A DNA stretch of 64,000 nt from Eledone cirrhosa (GCA_964016885.1 OZ024742.1:313472001-313536000); one strand, 5' to 3'; positions 39,530 through 56,467 are shown, counted from the first letter of the stretch. The notes: generated by a model from the letters alone, not told the origin. Numbers and translations: made by a program.

Positions 39530-42500
39530 AAAACTCCGAGTTGGTACCATCAATGTAGGCTCAATGAAAGGAAGAGCAGGAGAAATCGTAGAAATGCTAG
39601 AGCGAAAGGAAGTTGATGTATGCTGTGTGCAAGAGACTAGATGGAGAGGAGGGTCTGCTAGAGTCCTTGTAGGAAAAAGCCAGTGCTACAAATTTTTCTG
39701 GGTGGGAAATGACGATGGGATGGGTGGTGTAGGTATACTATTAGCTGACAAGTGGGTAGATAAAGTAATCTCAGTGTACAGGGTAAATGCAAGAATCATT
39801 AAACTCAGACTAGTCCTGAATAAGACAATTACCACAATAATATCAGCTTACGCACCCCAATCGGGGCTGCCAGACGAACTTAAGGATAGGTTTTACGAGT
39901 CCCTAATACACACTACTGCTCTAACAGACGACAAGGACTTCCTAATCATTGCAGGAGATTTTAACGGACACGTAGGTAAACACTGCGACGGCTTCAATAG
40001 AGTACATGGAGGCCATGGAGTTGGCACAAGGAATGAGGAAGGATTCAGACTTCTAGAATTCTGCGACGCCAATGACATGTCGATATGTAACACAAACTTT
40101 AAAAAACCCGACAACCACCTGATCACCTATAGATCAGGGGAGCACTCTAGTCAGTTAGATTTTATCCTCATCAGAGGACGTGACAGATGGACGGTCGTAA
40201 ACACAAAAGCCTTCCCTAGTGAGGAATGTACATCCCAACATAGCTTAGTTGTCAGCGACCTCACGGTCAGAACTAGACGAGCCCTGAAACAGAGGCCAAC
40301 CTGGAGAAGAAAGATCTGGAAGCTGAAAGTCCCCTCAACCAGTAACAGATTTAAAGATATTTTACTCAACGCCTACGACAGTAAAGAAGAACAGATAGAG
40401 ACATTTAACGTAGAAGAGAACTGGGAGTTCCTAAAAAATAACTTACTAGAGGCGACGGATGAGGTTTGTGGCTGGAGTAAGACCTCAAGCAGGAGGAGAG
40501 TGACTTGGTGGTGGAACAATAAGGTAGATGAAGCAGTCAAGGCCAAGAGACAGGCATGGAAAGAATGGAAGAACGGGGGGAGCAGGGTACATTACATAGA
40601 GACCAAGAGGGAAGCTAGGCGACAAGTATACTTAGCTAGGAGGGAAGCAGAGGATAGAAAATTCAAGCATGTTTTACAACGTGAGGACCAGAAACAGGAG
40701 GTATTCAAGATTGCGAGGCAGTGTGTCAGAGATAGTTGTGATGTCATTGGAGAGAAGTGTATCCGGAATGATAAAGGTGAGCTTGCCCTCACAAGTGCTG
40801 AGAAGAAAGATGCATGGAAGAGTCATTATGATAGATTACTAAATGAGGAGAATGCATGGGAAGAAGAGACCCTACCCCACGTAGACCCTATAGAGGGACC
40901 AGCAGTACAAGTCAGCGGCAGCGTAGTAAGTAAGGCAATCAGAGATATGAAGATAGGGAAGGCAACCGGTCCATCGGGTATAGCTGCCGAGATGCTGAAG
41001 GCATCTGGGTCTGTAGGTCACACTATAACCACACGTATCGTTAACCAGGTAATACTAGAGGGGGCCATACCAAAAGATTGGTGCAGTAGCATCATTGTCA
41101 ACTGCTACAAAGGTAAAGGCGATGCACTAGATAGAGGAAACTATAGAGGTATAAAGTTGATGGACCAGGTCATGAAAGTAACAGAAAGAGTTATAGCACA
41201 GCTGATTAGGGACCGGGTGAATATAGACGAGATGCAATTTGGGTTTGTTCCAGGGAAAGGCACCACTGATGCGCTCTTCCTTGTGAGGCAATTACAGGAA
41301 AAGTACCTAGCTAAAAGTAAGCCACTCTACTTGGCATTTGTCGACCTTGAGAAAGCCTTTGACAGAGTTCCACGTGCAGTAATCTGGTGGGCTCTTAGAA
41401 AACTAGGAGTAGATGAATGGCTTGTGAAAGCGGTACAAGCCATGTATAGGGGAGCAGTCAGCAAAGTTAGGATTGGCAATGAGTATAGCGAGGAATTTAG
41501 CGTACAGGTTGGGGTCCACCAGGGCTCTGTTCTTAGCCCTCTCCTGTTCATCATAGTCCTGCAGGCAATAACGGAGGAGTTTAAGACCGGATGCCCATGG
41601 GAACTCCTGTATGCTGATGACCTCGCACTCATAGCTGAATCTATGGTAGAACTAGAGAATAAATTCCAAACCTGGAAGCAGGGACTAGAGAGAAAGGGCC
41701 TCAAAGTCAACATGACAAAGACTAAGGTCCTTATAAGTAGACGAGAAAACAGAACCCAGATCCCCTCAGGGAAATGGCCTTGCTCAGTATGTAGGAAAGG
41801 TGTAGGTAGGAACTCCATTCTCTGCCCCAAATGCAAACAATGGGTACACAAGAGATGTAGCGGGATCTCAGGAAGCTTAATTAAGAATGTAGGATTCACA
41901 TGCAGCAGCTGTGCTGAAACAGCAAGCAAACAGCCACAGGAAACAAGTACCACCAATCTCTGGGAGGGCCCTGTAGAAACAGTAGACAGCTTCTGCTACC
42001 TAGGTGACCGAATTAGCAACGGAGGTGGGTGCTCAGAAAGTACAATAACTAGGGTAAGAACGGGATGGAAGAAGTTTAGGGAACTACTACCACTGCTAGC
42101 TGCAAAAGGCTTCTCCCTCAGAATGAAAGGCAGACTGTATGATGCGTGTATCCGAACAGCGATGTTGCATGGTAGTGAGACCTGGGCGCTGAAGGTGGAA
42201 GACTTACGTAGATTAGAGAGAAACGAAGCCTGCATGCTCCGATGGATGTGTAACAGTAATATACGTGAACGACAAAGCATAAATGAATTGAGAGAGAGAC
42301 TGAGCATAAGAGGAATCAAATGCTGCGTGCAGGAGAGGCGGTTACGCTGGTATGGACATGTGATGCGTATGAAGGATGACAGCTGCATAAAAAGGTGCAG
42401 AGCACTAGAAGTTGATGGAAACCGCGGAGTGGGGAGACCCAAGATGACTTGGGATGAGGTGATAAAAGCCGACCTTACCCAACTACACCTCTCAAAGTCA

Positions 42501-42572
42501 ATGACACACGACCGTGACTTCTGGCGTCACGCAGTAATACAGGGTACCCGACCTCCCATGGGTACATGCTGA
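39530..42572 (+). CDS. RTE ORF: APE endonuclease + reverse transcriptase with internal PHD finger
   Basis: [46 protein letters not shown]4HC3 finger, RLRWYGHV; the predicted N-terminal ~50 aa of ORF 39378 are TA repeat. Confidence 0.95.
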
Positions 42573-42870
42573 AGCATATAAACAATATGCCCCCCCCCCC
42601 ACCGCAAGGTGGTCGTGGAGGTGCCACGGCAAAAAAGCACCCAGCCCACACTGTAAAGTGGACGTGTAGGCGCCACGAAAAAGCACCCAGCACTCACTGT
42701 AAATGAGGTTGGTGTTAGGAAGGGCATCCAGCTGTAGAAATCAAGCCAGATCAGTTCCTGTATGAGCAAGGCATGGTCAGCCGACCAGACACTGCCCACA
42801 ACAGGACAACCCGTCTAACCCATGCTAGCGTGGAAGAACGGACGTAAAACGGTGATGATGATGATGATGA

Positions 42871-42874
<4 letters not shown>
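39530..42874 (+). mobile_element. RTE-clade LINE family 1, near full-length, 5' end lost in (TA)n
   Basis: Uninterrupted APE-RT ORF plus 3' UTR ending (GAT)n. Confidence 0.97.
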
Positions 42875-42917
<43 letters not shown>

Positions 42918-42934
42918 CATATACATATATACAT

Positions 42935-43009
<75 letters not shown>

Positions 43010-43010
43010 C

Positions 43011-43044
<34 letters not shown>

Positions 43045-43147
43045 CGTAATAATAATAAATTTCAAGACTAAAATCCAAAGAGGGCTCGATAAGAATAAAT
43101 ATATATCAAATATATAAGAACCATAGAGCAATACATCTGTTATTTTA

Positions 43148-43224
<77 letters not shown>

Positions 43225-43299
43225 TATATACATATATATATATATACATATATATATATACATATATATATACATATATATATATATACATATATATAT

Positions 43300-43910
43300 A
43301 TGGTGGCTGCCAACTCGTTTTCGAGTACGGCCACTACTTTATATCCATGTAGGAGAACCCCTACCGATGCGCTGAACGAGTGTGACTTTTTAGTCCAGCC
43401 AGCGACTTGAAAACTCTGGTACAAACACTACACTTGTGACAATTACTGACACATAGTGCTGGGCCCATGGTACCATGTGACGACAAGTGCAGAGAGATCT
43501 CCAGATATAAAGCAATGCCTGTGCCGTGAAGCTTTTATAGTGAGCAAAGGCACTGCACAAAGCCAGTCCCACTCTCTTAACCAAGATGATATTTACCAAA
43601 AAGAAGAACAAGTCAACATCATTGGATACCATCAGGGTTGCAGGTGTTATATCAGAGTTTTCCTTCTCCTAGAATTCTGCCTTGACAAAGGCTAAGGGGT
43701 CATCTCTCCCGGTGATTTTGGATGGCCATTGACTCTTAAGAGCTCCTTTGCCCTTTGACAGGTTTTGTTTTTAGTCCTGCAGGATGTCCAAAGTCACCCT
43801 CCTCACCAAGAAACCTTGGTGGGTTGCCAGTTTAGTCGCCAACGACCCGACCATGGGACAGGTTGTACTGGGATACATGTTACCAGTAGCACCAACTGGT
43901 GACCTGACAT
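43300..43910. mobile_element. Unclassified retroposon-like fragment
   Basis: 43715-43830 is similar to 58265-58395 (gatggcc.ttgactctta.gag..ct..gccctttg.caggtttt). Confidence 0.45.
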
Positions 43911-43987
43911 AACATATATATATATATACATATATATATACATATATATACATATATATATATACATATATATATATACATATATAC

Positions 43988-44060
<73 letters not shown>

Positions 44061-44108
44061 TATACATATATATATATACATATATACATATATATATATA
44101 TACATAAA

Positions 44109-44142
<34 letters not shown>

Positions 44143-44143
44143 C

Positions 44144-44204
<61 letters not shown>

Positions 44205-44210
<6 letters not shown>

Positions 44211-44597
44211 ATTAAATAAATGGAAAACTATATTTATAAAACCATATTTATTTCATTATATATATTTCGGGGATATCATATTAACAATATGCTATGCCTT
44301 CATCAGACAAAATACAATATAAACAGTTTTATAGATAAATATATTCGACATACCGTAATAAACATCAACTTCATTTGAAGAGGTTTACGCTAGCAGTGTA
44401 AACCTCTGCTAGCGTAAACCTCTTCAAATGAAGTTGATGTTTATTACGGTATGTCGAATATATTTATCTATAAAACTGTTTATATTGTATTTTGTCTGAT
44501 GAAGGCATAGCATATTGTTAATATGATATCCCCGAAATATATATAATGAAATAAATATGGTTTTATAAATATAGTTTTCCATTTATTTAATATTGTA
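44205..44597. repeat. 192-bp-arm palindrome with 9-nt spacer; each arm carries a hammerhead motif
   Basis: 44205-44396 reads as the reverse complement of 44406-44597; tattttgt-CTGATGA...GAAATATATA-atgaaata at ~44488-44553. Confidence 0.95.
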
Positions 44598-44687
44598 AAT
44601 ATACTCCAAATATTTGTCGAGTGCTTTTATATCAGTTATAAATATTTACTAGTTGTAACCCAACAATTTTAAATATAACTTTACATG

Positions 44688-44776
<89 letters not shown>

Positions 44777-44780
44777 GTAC

Positions 44781-44814
<34 letters not shown>

Positions 44815-44821
44815 TTATATA

Positions 44822-44903
<82 letters not shown>

Positions 44904-45005
44904 GTAATAATAATAAATTTCAAGACTAAAATCCAAAGAGGGCTCGATAAGGATAAACATATATCAAATATATAAGAACCGTAGAGCAATACATCTGTTA
45001 TTTTA

Positions 45006-45067
<62 letters not shown>

Positions 45068-45070
45068 ATT

Positions 45071-45104
<34 letters not shown>

Positions 45105-45105
45105 C

Positions 45106-45202
<97 letters not shown>

Positions 45203-45284
45203 CAAATATATATATACATATATATACATATATATATATTCTCACGTCGTGTAGACGCGTTCTTGAGACTAGTAAAATGAGGTA

Positions 45285-45372
45285 TCCTCTTGATAAGTCG
45301 GCAGACCTCGCAAGGACTCTATATCTTTGATATATTGTTTTTGTTTATGCCACGAAACTACGTAGTCGAGGA
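45285..45372 (+). ncRNA. Hammerhead motif with U3-A8 core variant
   Basis: tcctc-TTGATAA-gtcggca...tgccac-GAAACTACGTAGTC-gagga. Confidence 0.75.
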
Positions 45373-45441
45373 ATTTAGGAACAGTTTAGGTATGATACAT
45401 TTTATTACTAATTATATCTAAATGTTTCTTCTCTCTTCATA

Positions 45442-45538
<97 letters not shown>

Positions 45539-45540
45539 TA

Positions 45541-45591
<51 letters not shown>

Positions 45592-45604
45592 TTATATATA
45601 TATA

Positions 45605-48600
45605 TCATCATCATCATCATCATTTTACGTCCGCTTTTCCCTGCTTGCAAGGGTGGGACGTGTCTTATTCAGCACAGCACCTCTCCACTCGTCACGGTCC
45701 CTCGTCATCTCCACCGTGAGCTTCAATGATCTGAGGTCTGTTCTCACCACCTCCGCCCATGTTTTTCGTGGTCTACCTCTACCACGTCTTCCCTCAACTG
45801 GCATTTCCTGGCACTTCTTCACCCATCGGTCATCCTCCATGCGCATCACATGTCCATACCACCTCAGTCTCCTCTCCCGTACACTACATTCTATCCCTCT
45901 CAGACACAGTTTCTCTCTCAACACATTTATGCTGGGTCGTTCACGCACATTTACACTGCACATCCAACGGAGCATGCTTGCCTCATTTCTCTCCAGCCGT
46001 CGCATATCCTCTGCGGTTGCTGCCCATGTCTCACTACCATGCAGCATCGTGCTCCTCACACAGGCATCATACAACCGGCCTTTCGTACGCAGGGAGAAAC
46101 CCTTCTTCGTCAACAGAGGAAGCAGCTCCCTAAACTTCTTCCAACCCGTCCTTATTCTAGATACTATGGCCTCGGAACACCCTCCTCCCATGCTAATCTG
46201 ATCTCCTAGGTACCGGAAGCTATCCACCACTTCTATAGCGCCCTCTCGCATTTGAAAAATGTGTCTATCAGTGCGACTTCTACTGTCTAATTTCCCTGTA
46301 CATCTACTGCATACATATTTCTCCCTACCTGTTAGTTTGCCTGCTATCCCGCTACATCTCTTGTGTACCCAGGACCTGCATTGTGTGCATTTTATAGAAT
46401 TTATGCCAGTTCCTTTTCTGCATATCGAACATGGCCATTTCCCTGACGGAATCAGGGTTTTGTCCTCTTTTCTACTCATCAACACTTTTGTCTTAGCTAG
46501 ATTTACTCTCAGTCCTCTTGCTTCCAACTGCTGTTTCCATAGCCGGAATTTATTCTCTAGCTCCTCTACTGATTCTGCCATAAGAGCCAGATCGTCAGCA
46601 TAGAGAAGTTCCCATGGTCAGCCAGTCTTAAACTCCTCTGTTATGGCTTGGAGGACTATAATGAACAAGAGCGGGCTGAGGACCGAACCCTGATGTACTC
46701 CTACTTGTATCTGGAATTCCTCACTAAACTCCATTCCTACCCTGACTTTACTGAGAGTACCTCTGTACAAAGTTTGCACTGTCCTCACAAGCCATTCCTC
46801 AACACCCAGCTTCCTTAGGGACCACCAGATGACAGATCGGGGTACCCTATCAAAGGCCTTCTCTAGGTCAACAAAGGCTAAGTATAGTGGCTTATTCTTC
46901 TCTAAGAACCTCTCTTGCATTTGTCTCACCAAGAAGAGGGCATCTGTTGTACTCTTCCCAGGCACAAAACCAAACTGCATCTCATCTAGTTTGACCCTTT
47001 CTCTAATTAGTTGTGCTAAAATCCTTTCTGCCACTTTCATAACCTGATCTATCAGCTTTATACCCCTATAATTGCTCCTCTCCAAAGCATCCCCTTTACC
47101 TTTGTAGCAATTTATGAGAATACTGCTGCACCAGTCTTTGGGTATGACACCACCATATATAGCCTGATTGATGATGCGTGCAACCAGTTTAGTGCCTACG
47201 TCCCCTGATGCCTTCAGCATCTCAGCAACTATTCCCAATGGTCCGGCCGCCTTACCATTTTTCATTTCCCTAATCGCCTCTTGGACCCTATATTCGTCAA
47301 TCTCAATAGCTGGTCCCTCTGTCGGATCTACCAAGGGTAATTTCTCTCTCTCCCATTCGTTCTCCACATTCATCAGTCTCTCATAATGACATTTCCAGGC
47401 CTCCTTTTTCTGGTCATTCGTGACACTAAGTACACCGGCATCATCCCGGACACATTTATCACCAACAACATCCTGATTTGCATTGACACACTGCCTTGCA
47501 ATGTGGAACACCGCACGCCTCTGATCTTCCCGTCGCAGAACATTGGCAAACTTCCTACTCTCTGCCTCCCTGCGTGCTAAGTACACCTGACGTCTAGCTT
47601 CTCTCTTAGTGGCTGTATATTCTTCCCTACTCCCACCCTTTTTCCAAGCCTTCCATGCTAGTCTTTTGTCTCTAATAGCCTTATCTACTGTGCTGTTCCA
47701 CCACCAGGTCACTCTCTGTCTGGTTGGAGCTCTGCTCCAGCCACAGGTTTCATCAGTAGTCTGCAGCAAGTTGTCACGTAAGAACTTCCAGTTATTATCT
47801 ATGTCATACGTCTCTAAATCGTCTTCTTTTTCGTCATATACATCTTGAAGGGCTTTCCTAAATTTGAATTTTAGTGAAAGATCTTTTAGCTTCCAGACCT
47901 TTCTTCTCCACACCTTCCTATATGTCTCATTCCATCTCTTGCTTACTGAGATATCACTAAGCTGTGGGGTACATTCTTCCCCAGGGTATGCCTTGGTATT
48001 AGACACTATCTGCCTGTCCCGCTGCCTAACTAGCAGGAAGTCAATCTGGCTTATGTGCTCACCAGATTTGTAGGTTATTAGGTGATTGGCAGGTTTCTGG
48101 AAGTTTGTGTTGCAAATAGTCAATGTACTTGCATCACAAAATTCAAGAAGTCTCACTCCTTCTTCATTTCTTGAACCGTAACCGTGCCCACCATGTACCC
48201 CAGTGTAACCATCCTGGAGCTGTCCAACATGACCATTGAAGTCTCCTGCTAGCATAACGATGTCTCCGTCCTCTGTCATTGTGGTTGTTTGCAAGAGTTG
48301 CTCATAAAAGCAGTCTTTCTCATCTTTGCCTAGGCCTGCTTGGGGAGCATAGACCGAGATGATTGTCAGTAGTCTCCTACCTACAACTAATCTAAGCTTA
48401 ATTATTCGATTACTAACTCGAACTACCTCTATTGTCTTATTGATCCATTTCTCAGCCAAGAAAATGCCTACTCCCCCTAACCCATCATCCTTACCTACCC
48501 AGAATAGCTTATAGCTAAGACGCTTGCCTACGACTAGTCTCGCAGAGGCACCTCTCCATCTCACCTCTTGCACGCAGCACACATCCACCTGCCTTCTCTC

Positions 48601-48870
48601 CAGCATCTCCGCTATTTCAGCAGATCTACCTCTGAGAGTGCCAACATTAAGTGTTGCAACTCTGAGATGCGACGTCTTCATATTTTTCTATGCTGTTTTG
48701 TTGCTGTGCTGATAAGCTTTTGGCATTGATACACTGGTTGGATGCCCTTCCTAACACCAGCGCCATTTTACAGCATGGACTGGGTGCTTTTATTTGTGCC
48801 ACCAGCACTAGAGAGGATGTCTTACTAGACTCAAGGGCCCTCTCTACCCCTCCATTTTACAGCATGGTCA
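45605..48870 (-). mobile_element. RTE-clade LINE family 2 with 5' UTR; ORF broken by one nonsense codon
   Basis: ORFs 48681-46618 and 46581-45625 share a frame; GGC TGA CCA TGG replaces GCPW; (GAT)n tail. Confidence 0.95.
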
Positions 48871-49070
48871 TTAAAAAAAAAAAAAAAAAAAAAAAATTAT
48901 TGACATGACTCACACACCAATACTCATGCATACAAACCACAACCACACATACCAACACTCATTCATGCATACAATCACACACACAACTCACAAACACACA
49001 TATATATATACATATATTACCGACAGTACTGATACAAAATCAAAATCAAAATCAAAATCGTATATATATA

Positions 49071-49129
<59 letters not shown>

Positions 49130-49156
49130 AAATATATATATATATATATATACATA

Positions 49157-49545
49157 TATCATCATCATCATCATCATCACCGTTTTACGTCCGTTCTTCC
49201 ACGCTAGCATGGGTTAGACGGGTTGTCCTGTTGTGGGCAGTGTCTGGTCGGCTGACCATGCCTTGCTCATACAGGAACTGATCTGGCTTGATTTCTACAG
49301 CTGGATGCCCTTCCTAACACCAACCTCATTTACAGTGAGTGCTGGGTGCTTTTTCGTGGCGCCTACACGTACACTTTACAGTGTGGGCTGGGTGCTTTTT
49401 TGCCGTGGCACCTCCACGACCACCTTGCGGGCGGTGGGGGGGGGGGCATATTGTTTATATGCTTCAGTGTACCCATGGGAGGTCGGGTACCCTGTATTAC
49501 TGCGTGACGCCAGAAGTCACGGTCGTGTGTCATTGACTTTGAGAT
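49157..49545 (-). mobile_element. RTE family-1 3' end, 5'-truncated into (TA)n
   Basis: Reverse complement of 42490-42874. Confidence 0.92.
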
Positions 49546-52672
<3,127 letters not shown>

Positions 52673-55600
52673 TAAGCAAAAACAAAAACCATAACCTACA
52701 TAAAAATAACCACTACCACAGTCACCAACAGTCTTCTAAACAGGAAACTTCTTCCTCTTTTTTAGCCATAATGAATCTGGCAAAAGAACTGGAAAAAAAC
52801 ATTCTAGCTATCACCCAGCACCACCCTCCACTATCACCCCACTGCACAAACTCCCATTGCTGCCATTAACAAACAAACAAATTAACAACACACCAAAACA
52901 ATTAAAACCATCCACTCTCGCCTCTACATTTTTGCTTAACGCCCAAGGCATCAGCCCTTCCACCAATACTCAAAAATGGAAGATCAAATTCCTGGAGGAC
53001 TGGATTGATGTCCATCCAAACCACATCCCTTTCTTCGTCCTCACTGAAACCCATCTCAGTAACCTCCACTTGGAAGCCGAGGTGAAAGTGAAAAATTTCA
53101 AAGCCATCCGTGCTGATCGCGCTGGCAGAAGAAAGGGCGGAACTGCCATTTATGTCCATAATTCTTTCTCAACAGAGGCTATGAACATATTCACTAATGG
53201 ATACTGTGAGGCAGTCACTGTATTCAGTCAAACCAACAACCTATTAGTAGTTGGGCTCTATAGGCCACCTCAAACGCCTGTACCATGCTTCAAGGAATGC
53301 CTCAACAGCATAAAGTGTTTCATCCAAGAGTGTCACCCTGACAACATCTTAATGATGGGGGACTTCAACCTCCCCGGAGTTGACTGGTCCACAAACACCC
53401 TGCCACCAGGTTCTTCTGCCTCAACCTCTGACAGGGAAGCTGTGGAATCGCTTCTTGACTTCATGGATGATTTCTTCCTATCCCAACTAGTGCTCGAACC
53501 AACGAGGTGCCACAAAAACGTCCTAGACTTAATTTTCAGCAATCACACTGACAATATCCACAATATTGCAGTGGAGAAAACTCTACTCTCTGATCATGAC
53601 ATGGTTCTCTGTGATCTGAGATTCCACCGTCCAATATACAAACCCAATGTCATTTCTCCTGTCCATCCGTTTGACGCTATGGATTTCCACAATGCAAACT
53701 GGGAAGCGATCAGTCATGATCTTGCACATGTCGACTGGTCCTTCACGCACACTCATACACCCACTAACATCAAAAAGTCCTGGCAGACATTTGTGGACAC
53801 TGTTACAAACATATGTGCTAAACACACCCCATTAAGAACTATAAACAAATCTAAGAGCAGAATCCCTAGAAATAGAAAAACACTCATCAGAAAAATTAAG
53901 AGAACGAACAAAAAAATCAACAAGCTGAAATACTGTCAGCAGCAACACATCAACTTGACTGCCATTTCATCACTAGAGATTAAAAAACATAACCTCCAAA
54001 ACAACATAATGTCCCTCATCAACAATCAGAGAAGAGCTGAAGAGGCCTGGGCCATTGAGAAGATCAAACTCAATCCCAAAGTGTTCTTTTCATTTGCAAA
54101 AAAACACAAAATCACTGGCTCTACTGTTGGCCCTCTAATTGATGAAAATGGCACTCTTCAAGACAATGCTAAAACCATGGGTGAGATACTGCAGAAACAA
54201 TACTGCTCTGTTTTCAGCAATCCTGATATGGCCGATCTGGGCTGTATCGGCGATGTTACTCCCCATTACACCTTATCGGACATAACGTTTGGCGCCCCTG
54301 ATGTCTTGGCGGCAATAAAGGAAATCAAGCATAATTCAGCAGTAGGTCCCGATAGGTTCCCTGCTTGTGTCTTGAAGGCGTGTCAACACCAACTTGCTTC
54401 TCCTCTTGCCAATCTGTGGCGGAACTCACTGGATGCTGGATATGTGCCAGAAAACCTTCTATCCCAGTCTGTTGTCCCAGTTTTCAAAAAGGGAAACAAA
54501 TCCCTTGCCGTGAATTACCAGTCCAATCTCACTCACCTCTCATATCATTAAGGTATTTGAGCGAGTGGTGAGATCGCGAATGACCCACTTCCTTGAGAGT
54601 AACAATATGCTGAACTCCAACCAGCATGGATTCCGTAATGGAAGGGATTGCCTGACGCAACTACTGCATCACTTTGATGACATTTTGAGAGCCTTGGGAG
54701 AGGGTTCCAACACTGATGTTATCTACCTTGATTTCAGCAAGGCCTTTGACAGGGTTGATCATAACATTCTACTGAGAAAGCTGTCCAATATTGGTGTCAC
54801 TGGAAAGCTGCTGCAGTGGATCAAGAGCTTCCTGTCAAACAGAACCCAACATGTTGTAGTTGAGGGAGTCAAATCAAGCCCAGCCAAAGTCAGTAGTGGA
54901 GTCCCACAAGGCACTGTGTTGGGCCCACTTCTCTTCATCATCTATATTAATGACATCACTGACACCATCAAACACAGCAACATTAAAATTTTCGCTGATG
55001 ATTCCAAGCTCCAAAAGGTCATCAATGGCGTGGATGACCGGATAAGCCTTCAGTCAGACCTACTGGCTGTTACCCAATGGGCAGAAAAGAACAACATGTT
55101 ACTGAACGAAGACAAATTCGAACTGATCCACTTTGGAAAAGAGGATGCTCTGAAACTCCCGTACTCCCTTCCCTCCGGGGAAACTCTCGTGGCATCTAAC
55201 AACATCAGAGACTTGGGAGTAACCGTGGACAGCAACATAAGCTGGACCACGCATATAAGCAGCAAAGTTGACATGGCCCGCAGAATGTGTTCCTGGATCC
55301 TCAGAACCTTCCAGTCGAGAGATTCCCGCACCATTATCCTTCTCTTCTCTACTTTCGCCCGACCACACCTTGAATACTGTTGTCCACTGTGGTCTCCCCA
55401 CACGAAACAAAGTATCATGAAACTTGAAGCTCCTCAAAGGGCAATCACGAAAAAGATAGATGGCATGTCAGACCTTGACTACTGGGGTCGATTGGAAAAC
55501 CTGAAACTTTACTCACTCCAACGTCGCCGTGAGCGTTATATTATCTGCATGATGTGGAAAATGTTCCATCATCACTGCCCAAATGATGTTGGCATCGCCT

Positions 55601-55953
55601 TCAAGATACACCCAAGGCTTGGGCCCCGTGCTAACCGTCCCATTCAAAAATCTAAATCGCAACTCATAACAACAATACGGCACAATTATTTCACCTCAAT
55701 CGGCCCTGCTCTCTTCAACATCACACCAGGACACGTCAAAACAGAAACTGACCACACAAAATTCAAGAAGTCTTTGGACAAATTCCTCCAAGTAATCCCG
55801 GACAAACCACCCACACCCGGATATGTCTCCGCAAACAGTAATTCTCTTCTCGAATGGGCCATGGTGCCCAAATCCTGAATTGAAAGACTTCGCCAGGTGG
55901 TGCTATTAAGTTAGACATGGCCTGGGCCAATACTGGCCAAAACATTTCAAAGT
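52673..55953 (+). mobile_element. CR1/L2-group (Jockey superfamily) LINE: ORF1 tail + ORF2 (APE-RT) with one frameshift
   Basis: LNAQG, ETHL, GDFN, LDL, SDH; NY[+1]PISLTS near 54520; QHGFR, YLDFSKAFD, GVPQGTVLGP, FADD, RPHLEY. Confidence 0.93.
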
Positions 55954-55958
55954 TATAT

Positions 55959-56059
<101 letters not shown>

Positions 56060-56314
56060 CATACATACATATATATATATACATATACATATATATATAT
56101 ATATATACATACATATATATACATATATATATACATATATATACATATATATATATACATATACATATATATATATATATATACATACATATATATACAT
56201 ATATATATACATATATATACATATATATATATACATATATATACATATATATATATACATATATATATACATATATATACATATATATATACATATATAT
56301 ATACATATATATAC

Positions 56315-56345
<31 letters not shown>

Positions 56346-56354
56346 CATACATAC

Positions 56355-56385
<31 letters not shown>

Positions 56386-56387
56386 CA

Positions 56388-56419
<32 letters not shown>

Positions 56420-56420
56420 C

Positions 56421-56467
<47 letters not shown>

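Noticed and set aside
46618-46620. In-frame TGA at a Cys position as selenocysteine or readthrough
   Set aside because: The other RTE copies have TGC here; a point mutation or base error is simpler
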